From: Octopus sinensis
Lineage: Eukaryota
Assembly: GCF_006345805.1 (NCBI RefSeq)
Contig: NW_021836822.1
Location: forward strand, 1-41,881
Reading direction: 5' to 3'
DNA length: 41,881 bases
A program made the translations under genes and the position numbers. Shown here piece by piece: positions 1 through 11,494 of this stretch; position 1 is the stretch's first letter; the number at the start of each line of letters is the position of its first letter. A model generated the notes under the pieces. That model was not told the DNA's origin. It worked only from the letters and a program-made list of their open reading frames with translations, and made no database searches.

Positions 1-100
1 AAAAGAAGAAGAAGAAGAAGAAGAAGAGAAGGAGGAGGAGAAGAAGAAGAAGAAGAAGGAAGAAGAAGAAGAAGAAGAAGAAGAAGAAGAAGAAGAAGAA
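1..100. repeat. (GAA)n/(GGA)n microsatellite
   Basis: Purine trinucleotide run read directly from the sequence. Confidence 0.95.
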
Positions 101-615
101 GACAGCAACAAACTCATGGTACCAATTTATTACTATAAAGACAAGGAAGTTAAATTAGTAAAAGTGTTGACTTCATCATGCTAACAACAAGGGAGATAAC
201 TGCTGCCTCCTAAGTGACCGATTGCCTGCCATCATATTGACATTGTCAGCCATGTTTTCACTCTTAACGCTATTTGAGGTAAGAAGTATATTGATAAACT
301 AATGGCTTTGATGTTTTATTATTGTTATTTTTGTTGATGTGATTCTTATTGCGGTTATTATTGTTGCTGTTCATTGTGTTGTTTTTATTGTTGTTGTAGT
401 ACTGATTTTTATTTTACTGCCGCGGTTCAACTACCATTGCTACTATCACAACTATCCTACAAATAGTACTAAAATTAATACTTATGCTACTAATATTAGC
501 ACTACTAGTGCTGTTGCTAATACAACTATTATTATCATTATTATAATTAATACCAGTAGCAGCAGTAGCAACACACTGCGGCATTAGCAGCAGCAGCACT
601 AGCTGCAGCAACTGC

Positions 616-638
616 AGTAGTAGTAGTAGTAGTAGTAG

Positions 639-670
<32 letters not shown>
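616..670. repeat. (GTA)n microsatellite
   Basis: Run of gtagtagta units. Confidence 0.95.
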
Positions 671-671
<1 letters not shown>

Positions 672-840
672 TCGTTGTCAAGTTGTTTGATGAGACAGCA
701 ATCTCTTTGTAGAGAGCATTATATAGGTGAGTAGGGAGAGGGGATAAATTGTTGGTTAAAAAGAGTGATGGAAAGAGGAGTCAAAGAGAGCAAGAGAGAG
801 AGAGAGAAGGAAGAGAATGGCTTTTGGCATTGTTTTGTCA

Positions 841-1100
<260 letters not shown>

Positions 1101-1305
1101 AAGTAGTATAAGGTTATGTTTCAGTGTTTTTGGTTTGCGAAATGGACTGCAGCCATCTCTGATGAAACGGACTAAACAACAAAAGCAAAATAAGAGCAAC
1201 AAAAAAAATATAATAATGGTTTTATTTTTATTTTTATTTTCGCTTTGATAATCAGTGACATTAGGCTACCAACACAACTACTGCTATTACTATTTGTACA
1301 GCTAT

Positions 1306-1349
<44 letters not shown>

Positions 1350-1380
1350 GCTGTTGTTGGTTTTGTTGTTTTCACATTTT

Positions 1381-1571
1381 GGCTCAAGGGTAGCAATTTC
1401 AGATGACAGGATAGTCGATTTCGTTGACACCAGTATTCAACTGGTACATTATTTATTGACTTCGAAAGGATTAAAAAGGCAAAGTCGACATCGGCGGACT
1501 TTGAACTCAGAACGTAAAGAATAAAGCAGAAACGCCAATAGGCATTTTTGTCCTACGCGCCAACAATTCTG
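1381..1571 (-). mobile_element. tRNA-derived SINE, family A (degenerate copy)
   Basis: Reverse complement matches the window's other copies (gagttcaaa...gtcgactttgcctt...gtaccagttg). A more decayed partial copy follows at ~1585-1700. Confidence 0.8.
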
Positions 1572-1767
1572 ATTTCTGATTTAGGTACCAGGTCATCAAG
1601 TTTGGCTGTTATTTCACTGGTATTTTATTTCATCGATACTGGAGAGATGAAAGGCGTTATTAACTTTTACGATATTTGAACTCTTTACGTAAAAGTCCAT
1701 AAGACATACAGCAAGATCAAAGACATTGAGTGTTAGGTGTATTTCTTTTTTTAAGTCACTTTCGCGT

Positions 1768-2136
1768 AATCAGTGGCTAGTTCAGTTGTATACGAAGCTA
1801 AGGTCACTTCTGTTTTGCCACATGACGAAACTGATCAGGAAAATATATATTAGGTTATGTGAAAGTCACTTAAAAAAGATCGGTCAACCACCAATCTTCT
1901 TTCTGGCACGTAGAAAAGAAAAGCACTAAGCTTGCTACCCACTTCCGGAAATTAAAAGCCAAAAATGTCGAACGTCATCAGGTGGAGCATTGGACAAGTA
2001 CCTCACCAAACATTAATTAGTCAAGTAGGTGCTGGCTGTGTAAACCTAAGAACTCTGCCGACCCACTCATTTTAAGATCGGATTTTTAACAAGATGCAAG
2101 CATCATGACAAGTTTTTGCTGTCGAACTGGATGAGG
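1768..2136 (+). mobile_element. Penelope-like element, frameshifted GIY-YIG endonuclease C-terminal relic
   Basis: Joining frames by hand gives SSVVYEAKVTS...KIYIRLCESHLKK/RSVNHQSSF...STKLATHFRKLK...IRWSI...RCWLC...RCKHHDKFLLSNW. This matches the VY..YIG..KR..NH..SF..STxLxxHxWxLK..WSI..CxLC..CxH..KFLL pattern of Penelope-like GIY-YIG domains. Confidence 0.7.
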
Positions 2137-2602
2137 CAACCCTCTAATTATTAAGCGTATCGTTTTACAAACCTTTGCTTTTCTCCTCCGATTAAGCCCC
2201 ACCAGCGTTTTTAAAATCATATATAAACTATTACCAGTATTCTTGTAACAGATCGAAGGGAACAAAGTCTCCCTTTCCCTCTAAACTTTTTCTCGTTTTA
2301 CCTCGATTTTGTCTTGGTTTTTTTTTCTCGTCTTCTCTTAGTTCCGAGAATGGGTAGTTTTGTTTGTTGTAGTTGTACATTTGCATTTTGCAAACGTGTT
2401 ATGTTCAGAAAGTTTATTATTACGTGTGACATGTAAGACGGCTATGATGTTAAGAAGGCAGATAGCGCGACTTCCTCTTCTTTGGGATTTTTGATTTGTT
2501 TTGCTTTGTTCTGTTTCCGATGTCATTGATATAGCTAAGAGATCATGTATTTATTGGAGAAGTCTTGTAAATGGTGAAGTCTGAAGTATTCCTGTGATCA
2601 AT

Positions 2603-2807
2603 TTATTCTTTTATTCTTTTACTGGTTTCAGTCATTTAACCGCTGCTATGCTGGAGTACTGCCTTTAGTCGAACGAATCGGCCACAGAACTTATTCTTTG
2701 TAAGCCTAGTACTTATTCTATCGTTATCTTTTGCCGAGAACGTAAACACACCAACATCGGTTTTCAAGCGATGCTGTGGGGACAAACACACGTACACACA
2801 CACGCAC

Positions 2808-2867
<60 letters not shown>

Positions 2868-3025
2868 GGTGTGCTTCTTTCAGTTTCTGTCTACCAAATC
2901 CAATCACAAGGCTTTAGTCGGCCCGAGGCTATAGTGAAAGACACTTGTCCAAGGTGTCTTGCAGTGGGACTGAACCCAGAATCATATCATTTGGAAGCCA
3001 GCTTCTTACCACATACCTACGCCTG
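2603..3025 (-). mobile_element. tRNA-derived SINE, family B, with internal (CA)n
   Basis: Reverse complement matches the copy at 10833-11273: B-box-like ggttcagtccc head, body, and a gactgaaac plus (aaaagaat)n tail. Confidence 0.9.
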
Positions 3026-3229
3026 GCAAACGTTTTTCTTTTTAGTTCTTTTATAGTTTGGCGGGGGGGGGAGGTCATTTTTTCAGAATCTTTCCTCTGG
3101 GATCTAGACCTTTTTGAGGTCCTTCCGCAGTTGTTTTTTTTTCTGCATTTCTAATCTGACGTATCCTTATCACCGTCTTCTTTCTTATATTAAATGCTGA
3201 AATAACATTTTAAGTTGAATATACTTTTA

Positions 3230-3690
3230 AGGAGACGAGATGATTGAATGTTTAGCGCGCCGGATAAAATGCTAGGTAACATTTCTTCAAGGTTCTTTAC
3301 GTTCTGAGTTCATATTTCGCTGAGGTCGTCTTTGCTTTTCATCTTTTAGGGGTCCCGAAAATAAAACACCAGTCAGATACTGAGATCAATGTAATCGAAT
3401 TTCCTACTACCCCTAAAGTTGAGAAAATTGCTAAAATTGCTTGTCGTGTGCCAAATTTTGTAATAATTATTTCAAAACAGTTTTAAAAAGATGAGCGGGA
3501 AGAATGGTTTGCACGTCGGACAAAATGCTTAGACGCACTTCTTTCGACTGCTTACGTTCCGAGTTCAAATTCCACCGAAGTCGACTTTGTCTTTCCATAG
3601 ATTAAAAACGCAATCAAGTGCTGAAACAGATGTAATCGATATGCTCCTCTTTTCAAAATTGCTGGCCTCATGCCAAAATGAAAGAATTAT
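3230..3690 (+). mobile_element. two tandem degenerate family A SINEs (~3230-3470 and ~3490-3690)
   Basis: Each has aaaatgct..., ttacgttcygagttca, gargtcg.ctttg and a tgccaaa tail. Confidence 0.8.
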
Positions 3691-4974
3691 TTTCAAGCAT
3701 TTTTAAAGAATAACAGCTAAGCATTTGCTCATTGTATGCCTCTATATTCAGATTGGAATCAAATTTAACGTGAAATCCCTGTCAACTTGATATTCTGGAT
3801 ATCCACTGTATTATAGTCAGGATTAGTCTATCTGTTGTTATCAGATTAGTTAATCTGTTGTTAAGTCAATGGGATAAGATTTGGAGATTTCATTGCGAAT
3901 TATAACGGATCACATGACTCTGTAGAGGACTTTTTATCTCGTATCTTGCTTGTTTGATATTGCTGCCTGTATTGTTATTGTCCCTTAAATCAACATCCAT
4001 GTAGTAGACATTTCACCAAAGAAATTCTACTCATAACCACCACATTTTTTCTATATTTTCGTTGCTTTTTTGTTTTTGTTTTGCCTTTTTCTGTATATAT
4101 ATATTCAATACTACGTTATCCAATACCCAATTTCTTTTTTAAACAGTGAGAAGTAATTCGAGGTAGATTTAGCAACTATTTCTAGCTGGTCGATCAAATA
4201 CAAAAAGCGACAACTTTCGATGGTCCGTGTTGATTTGTAGTAGTGGAGGTTCACAATTTTGATAAAGTCAAAATAACTCAGAAATCTATTTATCAGTAGA
4301 TAAGAAGCCATTAAAACACAGACGTTACGAAACAGAAGAGAAATGACTTTTAGATGCAAGATAATGGGAACAAACTATATTTCTTTTTTGCCGTATTTTT
4401 CTCTACTTTTGTTTTTATTTCAGGACTGAAGGTATATTTTAACTATAATATGAAGAAAACTCTCTATTTTTTATCATTTTAATTTATTTGTTTTTTCTTA
4501 GTATTTTTCCTTCAAATCTCTAAGGGAATTTGCATACACCATTACACATTGTAATCTCCATTTTGTTTTGACAAACCAACGTAAACTAAGAGAGATACAT
4601 TGCTGGCGGCCATATTTATCATTTTCTCATGTAATGTAAAGTCAACGACACATCTCAACTCAATGCTTATATTTGTTTAAATGTATTTTAGCTTGTACAA
4701 TTTAGGCATTCACGTCCGAAATATTTCACTGAGAAATAGTTTAGGGAGTGATTACTAGTTTGTTTGTAGTTTAGTTATTTGCTTATTTTTTGCTTTCATA
4801 AAACCACTTAAACTCACACCAGACTTTCAACAAAAAAAAATTGTTTTGTTAGTACGATTCTTCTTGTTTATTTACAACGTTGGCTTCCTAAATGTATGAA
4901 TATATATAAACATACATGTGTATATGTGTGTGTACGTATGTACGTATGTATGCATGTATGTATATACATACATA

Positions 4975-4977
4975 CAG

Positions 4978-5008
<31 letters not shown>

Positions 5009-5028
5009 AAATAGATAGATAGATAGGC

Positions 5029-5059
<31 letters not shown>

Positions 5060-5073
5060 TAGATAGATAGAAA

Positions 5074-5106
<33 letters not shown>

Positions 5107-5135
5107 AGATAGATAGATAGATAGATAGATAAACA
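4975..5135. repeat. (GATA)n/(GACA)n microsatellite
   Basis: Tetranucleotide run read directly. Confidence 0.95.
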
Positions 5136-5487
5136 GACATAGATGTGTACATATATTCACGCACACGCATATGAATATAATGCATGTGTGAGAGTGTGTG
5201 TATAATAATATATTTACATCAGTAGACACATTCATATGAATGTATACACCTATATATATGCATGTACATATATTCAGATATCTGTGCGTGTGTGTATATG
5301 TGTTTGTGTGTCCCCGGTGTATACAACTGAAATAGAAATACAATCCTGCTTTGTACAATACTTCAAATAAATACACCATTAAAATACATAATACTGTGAT
5401 TTTTTTTCTTTCTGCTTTCTGCGAGAGAAATCTCTTTTTAGACATAGAAACGCAACATATATCCAAGCGAAGCGTACATTGTCCCTA

Positions 5488-5878
5488 CAGTGATTCATGA
5501 GAACGTCAGACGCGTTCAGGCTTTTGGGGCCCTTTTCAATGACATCTGGAAATTCGTCCCCTCCGATATGTAGCCAATAATGAACAATACATTCACTGAT
5601 ATTTCAGAAAGGTTGCCGAGTTGAAATAAATTCGAAATACGCAATAAATCAAAACAGTTCGCTGTGTGTTATCTGTGTGTTATGCGTAACAAATATACAT
5701 AAATAAAAGGCTTTGATCTTTGTCTGAGAGAAAATATCTTCCTAAACATGAGTATGTTATTCATTGCTCAATATATATCGGAGGGGACAAATTTCGTCTA
5801 AGTATATGGCAACTGGGTACACGTCATTGACAAGGAACAGAAAGGCCGAAACTGCTTTGACGATCTCGTGAGTCACTA
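5488..5878. mobile_element. MITE with long imperfect terminal inverted repeats, probably Tc1/mariner-derived
   Basis: Left end ta|CAGTGATTCATGAGAACGTCA...TCAATGAC...GAAATTCGTCCCCTCCGATAT mirrors the reverse complement of the right end (AGTGACTCACGAGATCGTCA...TCAATGAC...GAAATTTGTCCCCTCCGATAT). No ORF. Confidence 0.75.
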
Positions 5879-5897
5879 CCAGGATTATTGAGTTTTT

Positions 5898-6262
5898 AAG
5901 GCGACAAGCTGGCAGAAAAATCTGCAAGCCAGGCGAAATGCTTAGCGGTATTTCGTCTGCCGCTACGTTCTGAGTTCAAATTCCACCGAGGTCGACTTTG
6001 CCTTACGCACATGAATCGATATAATAGACTTAATCCGTATGTCTGTCCTTGTTTGTCCTCTCTGTGTTTAGCTCCTTGTGGGTAGTAAAGAAATAGATAT
6101 TTCGTCTGTCTTTACGTTCTGAGTTCAAAATCCGCCGAGGTCAACTTTGCCTTTCATCCTTTCGGGGTCGATAAATTAAGTACCAGTTGCATACTAGGGT
6201 CGATCTAATCGACTGGACCCCTCTCCAAAAATTTCGGGCCCTGTGCCTAGAGCAGAAAAGAA
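5898..6262 (+). mobile_element. family A SINE, dimeric form
   Basis: Head + core + tail-1 (ccttgtgggtagtaaagaaata), then a second B-box/core unit with tail-2. Same layout as 29582-29980. Confidence 0.9.
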
Positions 6263-6684
6263 TATATTTCTTTTCTATCATAACATGTCTAAGAAGAGAT
6301 TTTCTCTCAGGCAAAAACCACAGTATCGTGTCTTTCCATCGTTTATGTAGGTTAAAAATGAAACGCAAATGGTTATATAGTATATTTACTGTTAGAGAAC
6401 CTATCATATGGATATGTGGTGCATATAAGCACTAGTGTTTATATCGCTAGCGGGAGATATACAAATGTTTATATGCACTACAATTCCACATGAGAGCTCT
6501 CAAGGTAACTATCGCAGTATTCTGTGTTCCAACACAACATCCACTTTTAAATGCTGATAAATATTATCTTTTCGTATCAATATTGCGTCTGTCGTTATTG
6601 ATTATTTTAAATATATATATAAGAGGTAATTATCCACTCCCGCCAAGAATGACCATAGAATTACACCTAGAAAATTCCCCTCCG

Positions 6685-6866
6685 AGGCATAAGTCTGAGT
6701 AAGGTTGTTTATAGAAGACCAGCAGTCGCCCATGCATACCACACTCCTCTCTCTACACTTCCCATGTTATCCAAGCGAAGGGCAAGGGCCGGTACAGCTT
6801 GGCGCCAGTGACGTCGCAATACAGCGTTGTCCTGGAATCGAACTCAGAACTTCGCGTATGCAAGTA
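6685..6866 (-). mobile_element. tRNA-derived SINE fragment (different family, probably internally deleted)
   Basis: B-box reverse complement ggaatcgaactc at ~6834. The body resembles cephalopod SINE tails as I remember them. Confidence 0.55.
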
Positions 6867-6877
6867 TGTATACATAC

Positions 6878-7330
6878 TTTTTTACTCTTTTAATCTTTTA
6901 CTTGTTTTAGTCCTTTGACTGTGACCATGCTGTTGCACCGTCTTTAGTCGAGCAAATTGACTTCAGGACGCTTTCTTTGTAAGCCTAGTAGTTATTCTAT
7001 CAGTTTCTTTTGCCGAAACGCTAGGTTACGGGGTCGTAAACACACCAGCATTAGTTGTCAAGCGATGTCGGGAGATAAACACAGACACACAAACGTATAC
7101 ACACACACACACAGACATACACACACATATATATATATATGTATATATACACACACACATATATACGACGGGCGTATTTCAGTTTTCGTCTACCAAATCC
7201 ACTCACAAGGCTTTGGTCGGCCCGAGGCTATAGTAGAAGACACTTGCTCAGGGTGCCACGGTATGGGACTGAACCCGGAACCATGTGGTTCGTAAGCAAG
7301 CGACTTACCACACAGCCACTCCTACGCCTA
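6878..7330 (-). mobile_element. family B SINE, full length
   Basis: On the minus strand: head aggcgtaggagtggctgtgtggtaag...gggttcagtccc, internal (TG/TA)n, and tail aggactaaaacaagtaaaag. Confidence 0.9.
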
Positions 7331-8029
7331 TTAGGTGAGAGAGAAATACTTTTAAATTCACACACATAATTAGTATGTATGTAGATATGTATGAGTGCGT
7401 GTGTGTATGTGTATGTATGTGTGTGCGTGTATGTGTGCTCATGTGTGGTTTGAGAGGAGACGATAGCGTCACTACCTTGAACCATTCTAGAAACAATGTT
7501 TGTTATGATATCGAAGACACGGTATTTATCACACAACGATTGATTGATTTTTTTTTTTTTTTGTAAATCATTCATATCGTCTATGGGAAGTCGAGATATA
7601 ATTGTATTGCGACAAACAAGAATTTACCATTCTAAGTGCATTTGGCACCTTCACACTTCGCATTCAAATTTACTTTTATTGCAGAACTAAAAATACATAG
7701 ATTATATTTACAGTTTTCGGAACACTTAACACTGTTTCTTCTCACCGGAAAATGGTTGTGCATTTAAAAAGCCGTGAGGAGAAGTCATTAGTACACTAAG
7801 ATAATTAGTATACTAAATCTACCATTCGCTTGTGTTAATTATACAAGCTACAGCTAATTAGCCGTTTACTGGTAATCAGCCAAAACACAGAGTAATTTAA
7901 CTGCATTATAAATACATTGCACACAGTCACAGCTGAGTGAGTGATAGTAATTAGAATGGACGTCCTCCCTGCTGGCGTAAAAGGATCGCTAGTTCAAATT
8001 GCTAATACAAGTTTCTTGGTCATATCGTA

Positions 8030-8480
8030 TATGAGGTGCGTTCCAGAAGTTTTGAGACGTTGTTAGGAAAGCCAGTTATGATTGTCCTGCATTATTGTAA
8101 TTTTTGTATATACTTCTTTTCTATGCAGTTTTTGTACATCTAATAAGATGACCTGTCGACTTTTGTTATTCCAGTCTGAAGGAGATGGCTGTTACAGCAC
8201 TTTGAATATACACTACCGAACACAGCTTGTCACAGCTGACTGTTTGATTGAATACAATCGGGACGTTAAGACAATTTGGAAGATCGCTATACAATAAGGT
8301 TTTGTGTTAAACTAGGCAAAAAACGCTAGAGAAACATATGAAATACCCCCAGAATGCTTATGCATTAACTTGCATGTGCCCAGTATCTGTTTTTCGCTGG
8401 CTGAAGAGGCCAGACAAAGCAAATTCACCGAAAAGCTTATGATGATCCCCGCTTTTCGACAGGAAGAGCATCACATGAAG
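8030..8480 (+). mobile_element. internally deleted mariner relic
   Basis: TIR-like start taTGAGGTGCGTTCCAGAAGT resembles the 16061 TIR. RYTIRFCVKLGK/NARETYE (~8285-8345) is a typical mariner transposase N-terminus, and KLMMI..FD resembles KVM..FFD. Confidence 0.65.
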
Positions 8481-8762
8481 TCGTGGGTTATACACTCATA
8501 CTCACACACTTGTGATATATATATTTATATATATATATACACACACACATATATATATATGTATGCATATATATATATGTGTGTGTGTGTGTGTTAGGAA
8601 TTACAAAGTTTTGCATGTTAGATAAACATGTAAAAGATATCTTTCATAGAATTTCTTCAGATAGAGAATCGAATAATACTCTGTATCTGTGTGTCTCTTT
8701 CTCTCTCATTTCTGTGTATGTGTCTGTATGTACGTGTGTGTGTGTGTGTGTGTGTATGTACG

Positions 8763-8793
<31 letters not shown>

Positions 8794-9180
8794 TGTGTGT
8801 GTGTGTGTGTTGTACACGTCTGTGAGGTTCCATGAACAACTGATACTCATTACAGAAGATTTTGTTCCAAGACATTTGATTCCATATTTATTAGCATATT
8901 TCTAGCATCGACATCAGGCGGTTTGTTGTTATAAGACAGTATAAAGACCGTTTTGAGTCTGGATTGAATAATCCAATGATGTATTTAATATAAGCTGTTC
9001 TGTGGACATTAGTATCATCAATCATTTACAACAGAGACTAATATTGAAGAAATTGACTGATGTTGTTGCTTTTATATAAGTTAAAACCACAACCAAGTAG
9101 CTGTCTATATAAAGCACTCTGCAGTAAAGGTCTTTCCAAAATATGTCATGCCCAACGTTGGTCGCTCGTCCACATATACC

Positions 9181-9413
9181 TATTTCTTTTCTACCCACAA
9201 GGGGCTAAACACAGAGGGGACAAACAAGGACAGACAAACGGATTAAGTCGATTACATCGACCCCAGTGCGTAACTGGTACTTATTTAATCGACCCCGAAA
9301 GGATGAAAGGCAAAGTCGACCTCGGCGGAATTTGAACTCAGAACGTAACGGCAGACGAAATACGGCTACGCATTTCGCCCGGCGTGCTAACGTTTCTGCC
9401 AGCACGCCGCCTT
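9181..9413 (-). mobile_element. family A SINE, full-length tail-1 monomer with ~20-bp TSD
   Basis: Intact A/B-box head (ggcggcgtgctggcagaaacgttagc...gagttcaaattcc). Flanks are gtcgctcgtccacatatacc (9161-9180) and gttgcttgtccacatatacc (9414-9433). Confidence 0.92.
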
Positions 9414-9610
9414 GTTGCTTGTCCACATATACCACAGTGTTTCTCTTTATGTTTTGTCACACGAAACTGTCCGTCAATAGATTAAGTATGCAACCAAATA
9501 GAATTGTATAATGGTAGTTGTGGTGGATTGGAAGATCAATAGATTGTCCGATAAACTATCTTGTAATATTAAGCTACCGCTAGGCCAGTGAGCTGGTAGG
9601 ATGGTTAGTA

Positions 9611-9873
9611 AAAAAAATAAGGAAATGCCCCCTTTTAAAGCCTAGCCAGGCTCATGGGCCAGGTTTCCAGGTTTCTATGGCGTATGTGTTCCCCAGCTGG
9701 ACGGGACGCCAGTCCATCGCAGCGTTACTCATTTTTGCCAACTAAGTGGACTGGAGGAACGTGAAATGAAGTGCTTTGCTCAAGAACACAACGCGTCGCC
9801 CGGTCCAGGAATCGAAACCATAATCTTACGATCATGGTGCTGACACCCTTACCACTAAGCCACGCGCCTCCAC
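9611..9873 (-). mobile_element. tRNA-derived SINE with V-domain-like core (family C), 13-bp TSD
   Basis: Head gtggaggcgcgtggcttagtgg...ggtttcgattcc. Core gcgatggactggcgtcccgtccag resembles the V-SINE central domain. TSD aggatggttagta (9598-9610) / aggatagttagta (9874-9886). Confidence 0.85.
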
Positions 9874-9971
9874 AGGATAGTTAGTACGCTGCGCAAAAAT
9901 GCTTAGCGGTATTTCGCGTGTCTTTATGTTCTAAGTTCAAATTCCGCCGAGGTCGACTTCGCCTTTTATTC

Positions 9972-10112
9972 TTATCTTGGAGATGAATATGTTATTCATT
10001 GTTCGCTGTATATGAGAGGGGAAATATTCGTCTAAATATATGACGACTGGGTACACACCATTCACAAGAATCAAACAGAACGAAAATGCTTTGACGTCCT
10101 CGTGAGTCCCTG
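9972..10112 (+). mobile_element. right arm of the 5488-5878 MITE family
   Basis: atgaatatgttattcattg...ttcgtctaa.tatatg.c.actgggtacac...gctttgacg..ctcgtgagtc aligns to 5749-5878. Confidence 0.8.
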
Positions 10113-10832
10113 CCCGGACGATGTTCTAGTTGAGGACTGGGGTCGTTATATTCGTCTTTACCCCTACCCGCGAACTTGATAGCCTCGTGCCAAAATCGGA
10201 AACCATTAAATTACAGATCTTTACATTCTGAGTTCGAATCCTGCTAATGTCCATTTTGCATATCCTTTATCCGATCTCGATTAGATAAAATACTATGGCG
10301 TCTGAATTAATATAATCGATTAAAACGCTTGAAGGTCATGTTTCCAGCATGGCCGCAGCCAAATGATGTAATCTGTACAGGCGAAGAGAGGTAACAAAGA
10401 CTCCACTAAGTCCCAGCTGCTATCATCTCTCACCGACCCAAACCATATAATGTGTAATATTCAGAAATTTAAGTACTCTAGGTTTTAATGGGTTATAATG
10501 AGCGACATACCCTATACATCAGTCCGTATTTTGTAACCTTTACAACAGTGTGATTTTCCAATTCCGACTCTGCAACGGCTTCTTTCTTCCTCAGAGGATC
10601 ACATTAAAATCTTGGAACAACGGAATAGCGGTAACCGATTTACTACCGAGTGTGAAAAATAAAATATGTTGACAGGTAATCATTGTATCATTGATGTCTT
10701 CACCGCTGTAGCTAGATTCTTGAACTTCACAGTTGCCATGCCATCTATGATATGCTTCCACACTAACTACATCACCGTCTGTGCTTATTGATAAGCCAGT
10801 CCATAATAGCAAAAAAGGTTGATCACACATCC

Positions 10833-11273
10833 TGGTGTGGTAAGTAGCTTGCTTATCAACCGCATGGTTCCGGATTCAGTCCCACTACGTGGCACCATGG
10901 GCAAGTGTCTTCTACTATAGCTTTGAGCCGACCAAAGCCTTGTGAGTGGATTTGGTAGACGGAAACTGAAAGAAGCCCATCGTATGTATAAATATATATA
11001 TATGTATCTATGTATGTATGTATGTATGTATGTATGTATGTATGTGTGTGTATATGCTTGTGTGTCTGTGTTTGTCCCCGAAATCGCTTGACAACCGATG
11101 CTGGTGTGTTTACATCCCCGTAACTTAGCAGTTCGGCAAAAGAGAGGATAGAATAAGTACTAGGCTTACAAACAATAAGTCCTGGGGTCGATTTGGTCGA
11201 CTAAAGGCGGTGCTCCAGCATGGCCACAGTCAAATGACTGAAACAAGTAAAAGAGTAAAAGAGTAAAAGAGTA
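10833..11273 (+). mobile_element. family B SINE with internal (TATG)n and LINE-like tail ending in (GTAAAAGA)n
   Basis: tRNA-like head, conserved body, and tail ggcggtgctccagcatggccacagtcaaatgactgaaac followed by short tandem repeats. Confidence 0.92.
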
Positions 11274-11494
11274 ATATCATGATGAAGGGTTATTAGTATC
11301 TTTTACTAAAACTCGCCAGGGAAACTAAGAATACTCTTTGTAGCGCATTTATTACATGTAGCGAAGGAGCAAAGAGGACTTTTACAAACTGATCGCGCGC
11401 CAAACTTTATGGTACGATTCAAATACTTGGTCACAATACCAAAGGCTTGACGGCTTGAGATATACTGATTCGTTATCGACAGCTATGTTTTTAT

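Larger units (their letters stand above)
9582..10210 (+). mobile_element. family A SINE interrupted by two later insertions
   Basis: Pieces at 9582-9610, 9874-9970 and ~10128-10210 assemble into one family A copy. Confidence 0.75.

Noticed and set aside
1130-1180. GAAA...CTGATGA words resembling a hammerhead
   Set aside because: A stem III could form, but stem I is absent and stem II does not pair.
10595-10675. Plus-strand acceptor/donor pair suggesting an exon (similar weak cases at ~22105-22120, 25428+, 26238+ and ~30306-30339)
   Set aside because: Frames are closed or uninformative, and such signals are common by chance in AT-rich DNA. Transcript data would be needed.
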